Positions 1-11,715 of a DNA stretch of 64,000 bases are shown here, in pieces. The translations under genes were made by a program, and so were the position numbers. This stretch comes from Lama glama. Taxonomy: Eukaryota. The stretch covers positions 95,730,001 through 95,794,000 of the forward strand of contig CM052817.1 in assembly GCA_028534125.1 (NCBI GenBank). Direction: 5' to 3'. The notes beneath the pieces were generated by a model that was given only the letters and a program-made list of their open reading frames with translations, was not told where the DNA came from and did not search any database. The number at the start of each line of letters is the position of its first letter. Position 1 is the first letter of the stretch.

Positions 1-1781
1 CTTCGGCCGCGGCCCGGGTGACACGGAGGCGCAGGGGCGCCTGGCCCGAGCCACCCGCGCCCCCTGCCCGTCCCCCGGGCCGGCACCGCCGCGGAGATTT
101 CGCGAGGGGGAGATCGATCGCGCTGCCTGTCTGCAGCGGAAACGCACACGCTCACACACAACCCGAGCCTGAGACACCATAACCTTAACCCTTCCCCCAC
201 CCTCCGTGAACTTCAGGTGACCGACCACGTCGGCCTGACACCCGGGCGGGCGGGCGCTCCGGCTCCGCTCCCGCCCCCAGCCCGGGTTTTGCAGGATCGG
301 GCTCCGAGCAGCAGCGCCAAACCGCCGGGAGAGGGGAGCAGTGCGGGGGGAGAGAAGAGAAATTGACCCTCCGTCTCCCCCGACCCCTCCCTCCGGCGCC
401 TCCGGCGTCCCCTCCTCCCCGTCACCCCGCCCCATGCCTTCTCCCCTGCCCCCTCCTCCCTGCATTCAAGGAGCCGGGCGGCCCCGGGGGATATTTTTAG
501 TTGCTTCTTTCTCCTTCACTTTTAGCTTTAGCAGCATCTCGGAACACTCAAAGCGGAGAAAGATTGGGGGGTGGGGGGGAGAGCTGGAGAGGGAGTGGGG
601 GAAAAGTTAAGAGTCTCGCAAAGAAAAGCCGGAGGGAGGGCGTAGAGGGACCGGGGGCGCGGGTGGAGGAGGGGAAGGGGACCGGGCCGTGCCGGCGGGT
701 GTGTGTCTCCAGTTGGTGTGTGTGGCTGCAGCCGGGGAGGGCTGTGATGCACTTTAGTCCTGGACTCTGCTCAGGCTCGCCGGGGAGGGGGGTTTGAGAG
801 CCCGTCTCGCCCGGCTCCGTCTGCTCCGACTGACCCCGCATTTTATTGCGGCCAGGAGCCCTGCTCCTCCCTCCCCTCGGCTCTGCAGGGACCTCGCGCG
901 CCGCGAGCCGCCCTGCCTCCTGCCTCCGCCTCGGCGCAGCTCCCGCACCCCACATCCGCCCGCCGCTGCCCGGCCTCGCCCCCCGCCCGGCCGCCCCGCG
1001 CCCCCCGCGCCCCCTCGCCCCGGCGCCGCGGGAGCAGCCGCCCGGCGGCGCGTGTGTACCCGTGTGTTTGTGTGCGGAGCCCCCACACCCTCCCAGCCTC
1101 TCCCGCCTCGCCCGCCCCCGACTCCCCTCCTCCGCCGCCGCCTCCTCCACCTCCGCCTCCTCCTGCTCCTGCCGCCGCCGCTGCCGCCGCCGGCTCCGGG
1201 GCCGACCAACCCCGGCGCAACCTTTAGCCGGAGACGGACCTCTCCCTGGATCCTGTACCCGGCAGGCGGCCGCGCGCCCTCGCCCCGACACCCCCAAACG
1301 CCATGTCACGGCCCCCAGCCCCCTGCGCGCCCCGACCCCCGCACCCTCAGGCACTGTGATCCGCAAGGAATTTTTTTTTTTAAAGATTCCAACCTCTCCC
1401 ACCTCCCCTCCACCCTCGATTTAAAAAAAAAAAAAAACCGGCATCCACACTACTCCCCTCCTCCCTTCTCTTGCCCCCTCCCCCCAGCAACCCGGAGTGA
1501 GGAGGGGGAGGGAAAAGGAAAAAAGCCCGATCTCAAGGAAAAAAAGAGGGGGGGTGAGAGAAAGAAAGAAAAAGAGAGAGAGAATAGAAAGGGCACGGGG
1601 CTGATCATCACCAACATGGCTGCCTCAGCATAGACCTAAACGAGGAGTAACCCGGGCTGTGTCTTTGTCAGTTTCACCTCTGTAACCCTAAACTAATGCA
1701 GAAAACAACGGAGGAGGCTGCGGAGGGGAAAGAGGAGAGGGAGGGCGAGAAAATGGCACGAGAGGAGGTGGAGAAGGGATG

Positions 1782-1790
1782 ACTTACGTG
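1782..1790 (-). other. ZNF827: 5' splice donor of ZNF827 intron 1 (CAC|GTAAGT)
   Basis: Plus strand acttacgtg at 1782-1790 is the reverse complement of CACGTAAGT, a perfect GTAAGT intron start. Confidence 0.93.
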
Positions 1791-1830
1791 AGGGAAGGCG
1801 CTTGGGCTGCTCCTGCTTCCTCCTGGGCAT
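1788..1830 (-). CDS. ZNF827: First coding exon of zinc finger protein 827 (N-terminal NuRD-binding RRK motif); the rest of the gene lies left of the window
   Basis: Minus strand reads ATG CCC AGG AGG AAG CAG GAG CAG CCC AAG CGC CTT CCC TCA C|GTAAGT = MPRRKQEQPKRLPS(H), identical to the mammalian ZNF827 N-terminus as I recall it. Supporting features: A at -3, an upstream in-frame TGA at 1875-1873 and a consensus phase-1 donor. Confidence 0.95.
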
Positions 1831-2250
1831 TTTCCCCCTTTTCTCACATTCTCCTCCTTGGTTAATGTGAGATCAAATAAACCCCCGTGGGGGCAGAGAA
1901 GCAGACACTGGCAGGAGCTGGGAGGTAGTTGGGGGGCGAGCGGGCGGGCAGGGGGAAACCCCTTCTCTCCGGTGTGTGCAATGGGTTGAAGCTTGTTTCC
2001 TGGAGCCAGAAGAGGGGTTTTCTTCTTTCTTTCCTTTCTTTTTTCCCTTTTTTTTTTTTTTAATTTTTGGTCGTGCACCTGGCTTGTCCCCGAGCGTAAT
2101 ATTCTTCAATGGAAACGGATCTAATAGGTGTGAGTGCGTGTGTCTGTGTGTGTGTGTCCTATGCTCGCGAGTGTGATGGGAGGTATAAATAAATGAGTGC
2201 CGGTGCGGCGGTGTCTATGGCCGCGCTCTGTGTCTCCGAGCCCCTAACAC
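1831..2250 (-). other. ZNF827: Probable 5' UTR of ZNF827 (upstream boundary/TSS approximate)
   Basis: Contiguous with the coding ATG and ends near the GA/GT-repeat promoter block. The TSS position is inferred, not observed. Confidence 0.55.
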
Positions 2251-2296
2251 TAATGTCGGGATCAAAGGGCAGCGGCGGCGGCAGCACAGCTCACAG

Positions 2297-2467
2297 CTCG
2301 CTCTCTTGCTCTCTCGCTCTCTCTCTCTCTCTTTCTCGCTCTCTCTCTCCTCTCGCGCTCGCTCTCTCTCTGTCACACACACACACTCACACACACACAC
2401 AGGCACAGACTGAAGGAAAGAGGGAGAGCTAGACACACACACACACGCGCGCGCGCACACACACACT

Positions 2468-2523
<56 letters not shown>
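2297..2523. repeat. Compound microsatellite: (CT)n, (CA)n, then (CA)n(CG)n(CA)n
   Basis: Directly visible: CT-rich 2297-2370, CA 2374-2401, and a long CA/CG alternating tract 2433-2523. Confidence 0.97.
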
Positions 2524-2526
<3 letters not shown>

Positions 2527-5027
2527 CAAAGAGGAAGGTGCCCTAAGGCTCCCAGGGCGGACTCAGCCTGGGATTTGCAACCGCTCTGTCTGGAAAGAAT
2601 GGGGGGCGCGCGTGCGGGGGTGGGATGGAGTTCTTCGAATTTATCCCACTATTCGCCACATCTAGGGGGAAAAAAGTTTTCCCCACTCTTTAAACAACGA
2701 TTAGTTCATTATTCTTACTCATTTTTAAAAAGGAAATCGGCTTTTCTTTTTAACTCTCTTTTGTTTATTAAACTCCGTTTTGTTCTGTTTAAAAATCTTC
2801 AGGCTTTTGTCACCAAAAGAAGTGCTCTCTCACCCCATCACCTTAAGTCTGTGGAGGTTACAGTCTTCCACACACTCTCCAAAAACAGTCCAATAAAAGT
2901 AACCAAAAAAATAAAATAAAAAGATAACATATGGTGAAATCAATAACTAGATGGAGTAAGTGCCCAGTTTTGGAGTGTCCAGTGGAGTTAAAACTGGAAA
3001 ATGCTGCCTAAATGAAAATTACAGCTCCTTCACAGAGGGGGAAAAATAAGATTAGGTCACCCCTGATGGTTGCTTTAACTGCTACATGATACTCCTACAG
3101 TACACACAGCAATCTTGACTTCTGAAATTTACTTTTTCTCCTGCTATAATGCAGGTACGTGAAGCTAACCCTGAAGCAATTCCAGTTTGCATTATGAGTG
3201 CAATATAGCAGTTTTCATTAACTGATACATACTGTCATTACTTTACAAATCACACATTCTTCTTCAAAGAGAGACATAAAGGGGAGAAACAGAAAAGGAT
3301 GGGTCTCACTCCAGCACAAAAGGTACTTGGTGAAAGAGGACTGTTCTCTTTATGACTTGCAGTCATTTGGATAAAAGTTCACTCAGAGGTTGTTAATGAT
3401 TTAAACTCCAAAACCTGCTACTATAATTGAAATAAAAACAGTCTGAAGAAGAGTTGTTTCATAAAACTCTCTTTGTAAGAGAAAACTTTGAACTTAGCAG
3501 AATACATTATATGTCATGAGTCAGATGTAGCTAAAAAAATTAAAAGGTGCATTTTTAAACTACATCTTCCCTTTTTAGCTTTCTAAAACCTCTGACTCAT
3601 CACCTTATTATGTTAAATATTTTCTTACAAATTTTAAAATAGACTTTTTCATCAAAGAAGGTGGAGGCACCCCAAAGATACAGAACATTAAAATGACACT
3701 CCATACGCTTACGTGGATAGCTAATGCCTCTTTGAAGTTCTGACTTACTTCTCTCAGCTGGAGTGGTGTTCCAGACAGTCATGGGGGTTGAATCTCTACG
3801 TGCTCTTTCAAAAGTAACAATAAGCTTTCATATGGCACACTTTTATTAGAGAAGCTTTAAGAGTGCTGTGTGTCTCCCCAAAGATCTTTTTCATTGATAA
3901 TGCAGTCTCAGGATGAAACCGTTGCTGCTAACTCCCCAGAAAGATCTAGCTTCCCAGTGGCAAGTAATGCAATCTGAACCAGGTTCTGAAACACCTGCTT
4001 GAATTCAATCTAAAACCAAACAGAGAGCAGTCAAGCTTGAAATAGAGCATCATGCTTAAACCAACTCTTCCTTGAATATTGGCTTAAGTCAACTGGTAGT
4101 TAAGTTTCCCCAAGTTAACGATTTGAAATCGAACTTTCTTGCAACTCAGATCAAACTCAACCCGCCATGATTTTGACTGTCATCAGTAGCGCTGGACTTG
4201 AAATTAGTATATGAATGATAAATCAGAGTTCATCATTCTAAATAGACTCATTGCCCTGAGTGTGTTGGATCCTTAATCCTAACACAGGGTAAACAGAACA
4301 GTCCCAGCGCTCCACCGCCGCTCCCTCAGGACCTCTGGCTGGAATAGGGAGGACTATTACTCTGCATAGACACACCACCACCTTTTCCTGAATTGCTGCC
4401 GCTTTCCAATGCTTAGTACACTGTAATTGAAAACACACTTTGGGCCTTTCCTCAAAGTAGAGTGCATTTCCTGCGACCTTTTAGAAGCACGCAGGCAAAT
4501 GCTGTGAACTTTTAATTATGTAGGTCTTCTATCAACAGCCAAAAACATTTTTAAATTGAATTTATTCATACCTTTACCTCTTTCCAAAAATTATTTGAAG
4601 TAGTACACAACAATAGAAAATGGAACTAAGGACAGAACAACTTTTGTTGAAATCTCAGCTGAATATCTCTCTCTGCTACAAAGCACTCATCAAGGGCACT
4701 GGCCTCTTACCCTCTGGTGCCCTATGGTTAAGGAGCACAAACTAATTTTAATGTTAGACTAGCCTAAAATATTAGATAGATAAAGAGCTGAAGGTTACAA
4801 TGGATTTCATACCGAGTGGATAAATAATCCGGGGATGGTGTGCCTTTGGGACGCCCGTATCCAGGAATTTGGATTACTGTTGACTATAGTCATCATAGTG
4901 GAATATTCTCTTCAGTTCAACTCCTTGGCCCAAGCTTTTGAAAGCATGTTTTATCTTAATAATTATAGTACTTTCTCCGCCCTCATCTCCATCACCTCTC
5001 AAATGTGAGATTAAAATAGATTTTCTC

Positions 5028-5184
5028 CAGGAAGGGTATAGCTCAAGTGTTAGGGTGCATACTAAGCATGCACAAAGTCCTGGGTTCTAGCCCCAGTACC
5101 TCCTCTAAAAATAAATAAATAAATAAACAAACAAACAAACCTAATTACCTCCCTCCCACCAATAAATAAAATAAAATAAAATGA
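5028..5184 (+). mobile_element. Vic-1-type camelid tRNA-Ala-derived SINE
   Basis: GGAAGGGTATAGCTCAAGTG...GGGTTCTAGCCCCAGTACCTCC head, A-rich linker, CCTAATTACCTCCC, A tail. 15-bp TSD AAAATAGATTTTCTC at 5013-5027 and 5185-5199, at a TT|AAAA site. Confidence 0.9.
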
Positions 5185-5267
5185 AAAATAGATTTTCTCA
5201 GAATTGTATGTTCTAAGAAGAGGTTTCATAAATGCTCACTCTCACGGGAGGAATTCTATCCTTTCCC

Positions 5268-6681
5268 CAGTACTGCTAAGGGTGGTAACGGGGTGCATCC
5301 CCTGGAATCGTGTGCAATCTAGAAGGGTTGTTGAGGTCAAAACGATTTTCAAAATGTTATTTGCCATTTTATCTGTGTTAACATTTGCCACGATGATCGA
5401 AAGCAATGGAAAGAAAATGCTGGCACCTTCGCAGCTCAAATCAAGACAGGAACACCAAAAATGTATTAGTGGTCGTTCTTTTCACCACTACCCCCTTAGA
5501 GAAAAAAGGAAGGTTCATTTAAGAATGTCCTTGATGAAGAAGTAAAAATTATTAATGTTACTAAAACTCGACCTATGAGTACAAGACTTTTAAATATTCT
5601 TTGTGACAAAATGTTAGGTACATAAAAAAGTTCTGCATTCCAAAGTACATCCGTTTTCTCAAGGAAAATCACTTGTGAGATTGCTGGATATAGATACCTT
5701 TTTAGTGGAATATTATTTGTACTTAAAAGTATGACTGACAGACAAATTGTGATTATTCAGACTTGGATATTTCTCAAAAAATGAATGAAGTGAGCCCTTA
5801 GCTTCAAAGAAAAGTATTTGTGGTATTTTTTTAGGCAATGATAATATTTGTAGTTAGAAGTGAAAATTAGAATTTTCGATAACTTATATCCATCACTTTG
5901 GGTTTAACAGCTTCCTGATTCTTACAGAATTTTCTGATGAGATCCATAGTGATGTTACTGAATGTGACTTTTTGATATTGTGCCAACGTTTTGGAAGAAA
6001 TGTACAACTCAGTATTTTTCAAATGACCAATACATGATGTTACAAAATCATGCTGTAGTAAAGATCTATTTAAAGTACAAGATAAGCCAATGGATTTTAA
6101 TGTAAGAGTATAAAAAGGTCATTGACGTGGTTTTCAAATTCCACACTGTCAGTAACTTTTAAGAAACTACCAGTCATCAAGTTTTGGTGGTGTGTCAAAG
6201 AAGAATATCCACAATTATCTGAAAAGGGATATTAAAATATTCCTCCCTTCCTGCAACTACATGGTGGTGTGAGGTTTGCTTTCTTCATTTATGTCTTTAA
6301 CCAAAGCAACATATCACAACACATTGAAAGCAGAAAGCAGATATGAGACTCCAGCTTGTCTCCTAGTAAGCCAGGCATTACAGAGATTTGCAGCAATGTA
6401 AACCAATGCCACTTTTTTCACTAAATCTTTGTTTTGAAAAGTATATGTTTCATAAGAATGTGTTAACTTGCCATTGCATGTATTATTGCTATTTATAGAT
6501 GAATAAATAAATAAATGAATAAATATTTTATTAGAAATGCCACAGTTTTAATGTGTAATACAGTCGATGTCAAGACATAACCCACACAATCAAAAGTTCT
6601 TTGGGGCCCTCAACCACTTTTAAAAGTATAAATGAGTCTTGATTTCCAAGTCTTGATTTCCAAAAAGTTTGAGGACTGCTG
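5268..6681 (+). mobile_element. hAT-Charlie DNA transposon fossil (Charlie1a-like)
   Basis: Degenerate hAT transposase coding remnants (AAGAATGTCCTTGATGAAG..AAAATTATTAAT..TCGACC ~ KNVLDEAVKIIN..SRP; TTTTGG..AAAGAAGAATATCCACAATTATCTGAAAAG ~ FW..KEEYPQLSEK) and CAGT...CTG termini. Confidence 0.85.
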
Positions 6682-6877
6682 CCCTGAAAATTAATTGAGA
6701 TGCAGTTAAAGAGGAAAAAGAACTTCTATGAGCATTTTACTAGTCTTGAAATCCGACTGTAAATATGTTAACACTTCTCAAAAAGTGAAGCCCACTAATC
6801 TCCAGGAATCAAGAGTTGGTTTTGTGTGTCCCAGGACTGGCTTCCCTGGTGAAGTTCCTTATGAGATGTCGAGAGGA

Positions 6878-7411
6878 TGTGTCAGTCAGGGTTCTCCAGA
6901 AAAATAAATATTATTTACACATTCATTCATTCATTCATTTACTTACTTGCTTATTGAATTATTTATCATAGGGATTGACTCATGAGATTATGGAGACCAA
7001 GAAGCCCCATGACCTGCCATCTGCAAGACCGAGAACTAGGAATGTCAGTAGTATAATTCAGTCCAAGTCAAAGAGCCTGAGAACTGGGGGGCCAATTGTG
7101 TTCACCCTGGTCTGGGTCTGAAAGCCCAAGAGCCAGGAGCTACAGTGACCGAGGGCAGGAGAAGACGGAGGTCTCCGTTTACGCAGAGAGTGAATTGGCC
7201 CTTCCTCTTCCCTTTCGTTCTGTTCAGGCCCTCCATGGATTAAACGATGCCCACCTTCGTTGGTGAGGACCATCTTCTGTAGTCAGTCCATAGATTCAAA
7301 TGCTAATCTCTGCTAGAAACAGCCTCACCAACGCACCCAGAAATAATATTTTTCCAGCTCTCTGGACATCCCTTAGCCCTGTCCAGTTGGCATATAAAAT
7401 GAACCAATACA
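6878..7411 (-). mobile_element. ERVL solo LTR (MLT2B-like)
   Basis: TG...CA termini, perfect 5-bp TSD GAGGA (6873-6877, 7412-7416) and the MLT2 hallmark CAAATGCTAATCTC..GAAAC..CCCAGAAATAAT. Confidence 0.9.
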
Positions 7412-10400
7412 GAGGACGAGCTGGTGTTCACCAAGCGCCATTGGGACAGATTGTCCAGCCACGCGGAGAGGCTGGTTACTCTGAACAGAGGGCCCAAGCC
7501 TCCTCCAGCCTCAGACCGTTTAGGACAATCAAACCAGCTCTCTGTGTTTCCCAGGGCTGAGCCCTCTTCCTCGAGAGTTAAGATAGGGACACTCTAAACC
7601 CCAAAAGCACTCTAAGTCTGACATTTTAAATCATAAGTCCCTGTCCCAAGGCACAGAAATGGGCCTGGCGTATCTCCTGGCCTGGACCTCATGTGGTGTA
7701 AATCAGGATCTCGTAACGATGACCAGCCATCGTTTCCAGAGGGGGAGCCTTTTGCTGCATTCTGTCCTTGTGTTCTTAGGAGGCCAGCGCCTGGCTGACA
7801 TCAGCAAGTCTTGCCACAATTTGGATTAACCACGCTTTCAAAACTCATGGATGGACCAGCACATGACCTGACAGAAAACTTGGCAAAGGTAACATTTTTG
7901 GACATTTTAGAGCTCTTTCATCCATATTCTTGTGGATCCAAAATCTTTCCCTTAAGCATCTCCCCAGTAGTTTCTCATCTCAACACCATCTCGGCATATA
8001 AGTCTTGTTGAGTTTAGGCAAGTTCCTGATCTCTGATTTCCGTGGTCTATTTTTCTCTCGCCTCCTTGTCAGCTGTAATGATTGGATCACTCAGTCTTGC
8101 CTTATTTATTCCAAACTCGAACCCCAACTGAGACTTAAACTCCTGTCTCCCAAGCCTCATTTGCCAGAATTCTTAACATCTCTATCAATTTAACTTCCCT
8201 GGGCCTTGTTTTTTTATCTGCATGGATGAAAAACTCCCCTAAGCAGCTGCTCCCCACTTTCATGCATTTTTCCAACTGATTTGTCTGGTCGCTTAATGTA
8301 CTTCTTTGCTGCCTGACCCAGTCACCCTCTGACCTGCCTCAAATCATACTGCTGTCTCCTTTCAAGCCCCTTGTGCATTGTGGCTTCTCCCACAGCCCCT
8401 CTCCGGCTGCAGTCAGCTCTGATTCAGTGTCTCTGCAATGTCTCCCTTTCCCTTTGTCCATTCTTCTCCCCAATCCCTCTGCTCACTATGAGGCACCCCC
8501 GGGGGCATCATGGTAAGGTTGTTTACCCAACTCACAGGGTCAGACAACTCCCTCCGTAGACTTGCCTTGTGTGGCATAACACTGCAAGAATAATAGAGAA
8601 CAAGAGAGCAGCACACCCCAAATCGTGATTGTTGGTGATCCGCAAATAAAAAGGGAGCAGAAACCAATTAAAAAGTTCTATGTGGGTTTCCCCAAACTTT
8701 TCCCATCATGATGGTTATCTCTGTGGTCTGCAGTCACACCAATCTCTCTCCATCCATTTTTTGGTCAGAATTTATGCAGTTAGATTTCTCAGGGGAGGAA
8801 AGACCTAGTTACCTTGAGCTCTGACTGTATCTTTTTGCTCATTAAGGGATTGGCTATGCCTTTTTATTGGATTAAAAGTCCCTTCGTTTAAAACAGCAAA
8901 TGATAATGCTATGGGAATTAGCTATTATATGCTCACTCTCTTCCATCATTTAATCTCATACTTTAATATTTTCCATCAGGAGGGAAAAACAGAGCTTCAA
9001 ATTAAAATCACAAGAGTCTATGGCCAGAAGATGCCTTGCAGATCACTTGGTTTAGCCCTGGTATTTCACAGACCAGGAACTAGAGGGACTGAAATGTTGG
9101 CTGATGCTTCTAGCTGAGACTTCTGACTAGTGACCGTCTGCTATTCCAGAAAATCTGAGCTCAAACGTAGGATGATGTGAAGGTGTATTTGTGCATCCTA
9201 GTGGATTTAAGTAAACCAATTGTACAAACCAGAACTTAGAAGCATTTGATACATCAACGTAAAAAATGAGGGAATTGAGTGCCTTTAAATATTGCACCCA
9301 GAAAATTCAGCATAGGTTCAATGTTATTTTACTAGCTTCTGGAAGGTCTTTGAAATGTGAATAAAGGGTAGCTATGGGGGCTACAAGAAACTTGTAAAAA
9401 TTACAGAGAAAAATTCACAAACCAAAAACATAAACTCTATGTTGAAAAAGTAGATACTATTGATTAAAAAACCCTACTGGAAGAAAACTAACAGTGGAGG
9501 GGAGGTGTTACCCTTCTGAGCAGGAACGTGGCAGGCAGTTCAAAATAAAATGTTTCTACTTTCATGAAAAGAGGTGCTTATAAAGCCCGACTTCAGATCC
9601 CATTCCACTGTTAGCCCTTGGTACACTTGGTCTGGGCTAATTGTCTTACAAAAGTCTTTCAGTGGGGTTCGTAGGTACTTTGGAAGGATGTCAAGGTATC
9701 AGCGCGAATCTATTACTGTTAAAGCACAAACCATGAGTCACCCAACTGCTCCCGGACAGCAGGTCAAAAGGGTCATTTTCACATTAGAAGAACGAGCCCT
9801 CACACAGCGGCAGCTTCTGAAACCCCATCCTCCTTCCACGTAGCATTCAGGAGTCCTTATCCCAGGGACAGTGGGGAAGATGGAACTTTGTGAAATGTTT
9901 AGGACAGAAAAAAAAAAAAAAGATACCTGCTAATTGCTCAAAACAACAGGAAGGAACAGGATGGTTAAACCACAATACGCACACTTGTCCTGGTCTCTGA
10001 AGCCCAGCTGGTTCAGCAAGTGTCCTCACAGTAAACAGGCTCTGGTGAATGGATTAACAAGTTCGCGTGGAGTTGCCCTGGAGGAACTGCACCAGGGACA
10101 TCTTACTGTGGGAAAGCCTCACAGAGCCAGGTCCTCTGGCCCCCTCTTACCCCGACAGGGCACCCACGCCTGGATGCCATATTGCCCTTGGTGAAGATGT
10201 CCTGAAAAAGCGGACCACGGGCATCGCAGGAATTACTGAATATCCAAAGATCGTGCCTCTAGAAATTTGCACCCCAGGAGGTGCCCGCTCCCTTTGTGCC
10301 AGGTTGTTTGCTGTTTTAGAGAAAGGTTAGGTGGCTGACAGCTTTTTTCCCAGCTCCCCAGAGAGTGTGCTTCTTTGTAGGGTGTCCATGAGAAGCTATG

Positions 10401-10959
10401 TTGTGCCTTTTGCGTAATAGAAGCGTTCCGTTCAGCAGTATTTCTGTCTGCACATCAACATAATTACCTGCGGTGAGGAGGGGGACATACTGTATCAGCA
10501 AGGCCTGTCTAATTCTTACTCACATCATCACTTTGAATGATTTCTTTTTTTCACCCTGTGGCTGGGGGAACTGAGGCACATGCCTTAGACACTGCTCAAG
10601 GCCACTTTCACTTGGGGTCACAGACATTATAATTCGATGCGGTATCCTACTGCAGCCCTAGGGATCTCTCTCCATCAGTCCGGCAGAAGCCTGAGGATAG
10701 GCCACGTGTCATGTCCTAGAGGCCAAGAGGCTCTGGCCTTTGTCTAAGGGGAAAGGGGTAAACCCAAATGCCCTGGTACTCTCCCCAGGAAGTGTGGCCT
10801 CCAGTTCCCTGCAAGACAAGTCTGAGCTCCCATTTGGACTCCCACTTTACTTTATTAAAGAGATCAAAGTCATCTTTACAAGTAACCAGAACTCAGACAA
10901 GCAGCAACAGACATGGACTTCACTGTGAACTGCTGAGGTAGCCTTGGGCTGCTTCTTTC

Positions 10960-11422
10960 TCCTGTGCCTCCCTCGGTTGTCCTCCCTTCCCTGCCCTGTT
11001 TTGTGACCCAGGAACTGACCTCCAGTGGCTGCATCACCCAAGCTCTCTGGCTGGCTTGATGTGCAGTCGGGTCAGCCAATAGGAGGTACTTGTGGGAGGG
11101 AAGAGTGGAAGGGCAGAGAGGTAGGGAGCTCTGTTCTTTCCCCTTCCCCTGCTTTGGTGCCTTATCTCTGGTAATTCCGTCCCTCTATGAATACAGCACA
11201 GCTCACACTTCACTGGACTCGGGACACACTATTTCCTCCCCTTGTTTCTTCAGCCCTGGAAGTGGTAATGACCTACCAATGCCAGTCTCTGGATGCCTCA
11301 CCAGTGCACAACCGTTCCCATAACTTTACCCACACCCCCCAGTAAGTAGTCCCTTCTTTAAAGGCTCTTCCTTTGAATCATCTGAGGTCAGTTCTGTTCA
11401 CTGCCTGAACCTAGACTGATCC
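10960..11422 (+). mobile_element. Old ERVL-class LTR remnant (LTR33/LTR16-like)
   Basis: Degenerate CAGCCAATAGGAGG motif and a 3' end resembling TCTGTT..CTG..ACCTAGACTGAT. Weak similarity recalled from memory. Confidence 0.4.
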
Positions 11423-11715
11423 ATGCTCCTTTCATACATTCACCAAACATTGAATGTGCAGTGCTCTGTGCCAGACACCACACAAGCCACTGGGAATGCC
11501 GTGGTGAGCAAACAGGGATGTTAGCCTTGACCCTGTAGAGTTTGCCGAACTCTAGGGCTTATTTTAGTTAACCTTTCTTTGTTATTTCCCATAAAACTAA
11601 GATGATGATGATTTACCTTCAAAGTATAGAGATTCGCCAGGCCAGCCAAGAACTCTGAGAACAGGGGACAAGGCTATGTGATAGGTAATAAGAAACCTCA
11701 GTCCAGTATTAGACA

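Larger units (their letters stand above)
1..2620. promoter_or_regulatory. ZNF827: CpG island spanning the ZNF827 promoter, exon 1 and the start of intron 1 (continues beyond the left window edge)
   Basis: Very high GC and dense CpG in 1-1350 and 2160-2620, with GC boxes and GCC/CCT triplet runs (1127-1190), followed by an abrupt switch to AT-rich, CpG-depleted DNA after ~2650. No interspersed repeat is recognised before ~5030. Confidence 0.92.

Noticed and set aside
213..1633. Long overlapping ORFs (up to 284 aa) on both strands in the CpG island
   Set aside because: Low-complexity Gly/Arg/Pro/Ala translations produced by stop-codon scarcity in GC-rich DNA. They are open in most frames and show no domain signature.
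6635..6662. 14-bp tandem duplication AGTCTTGATTTCCA x2
   Set aside because: An ordinary slippage duplication inside a dead transposon.
5268..6681. Domesticated or active hAT transposase gene
   Set aside because: Internally deleted and full of frameshifts and stops; no long ORF.
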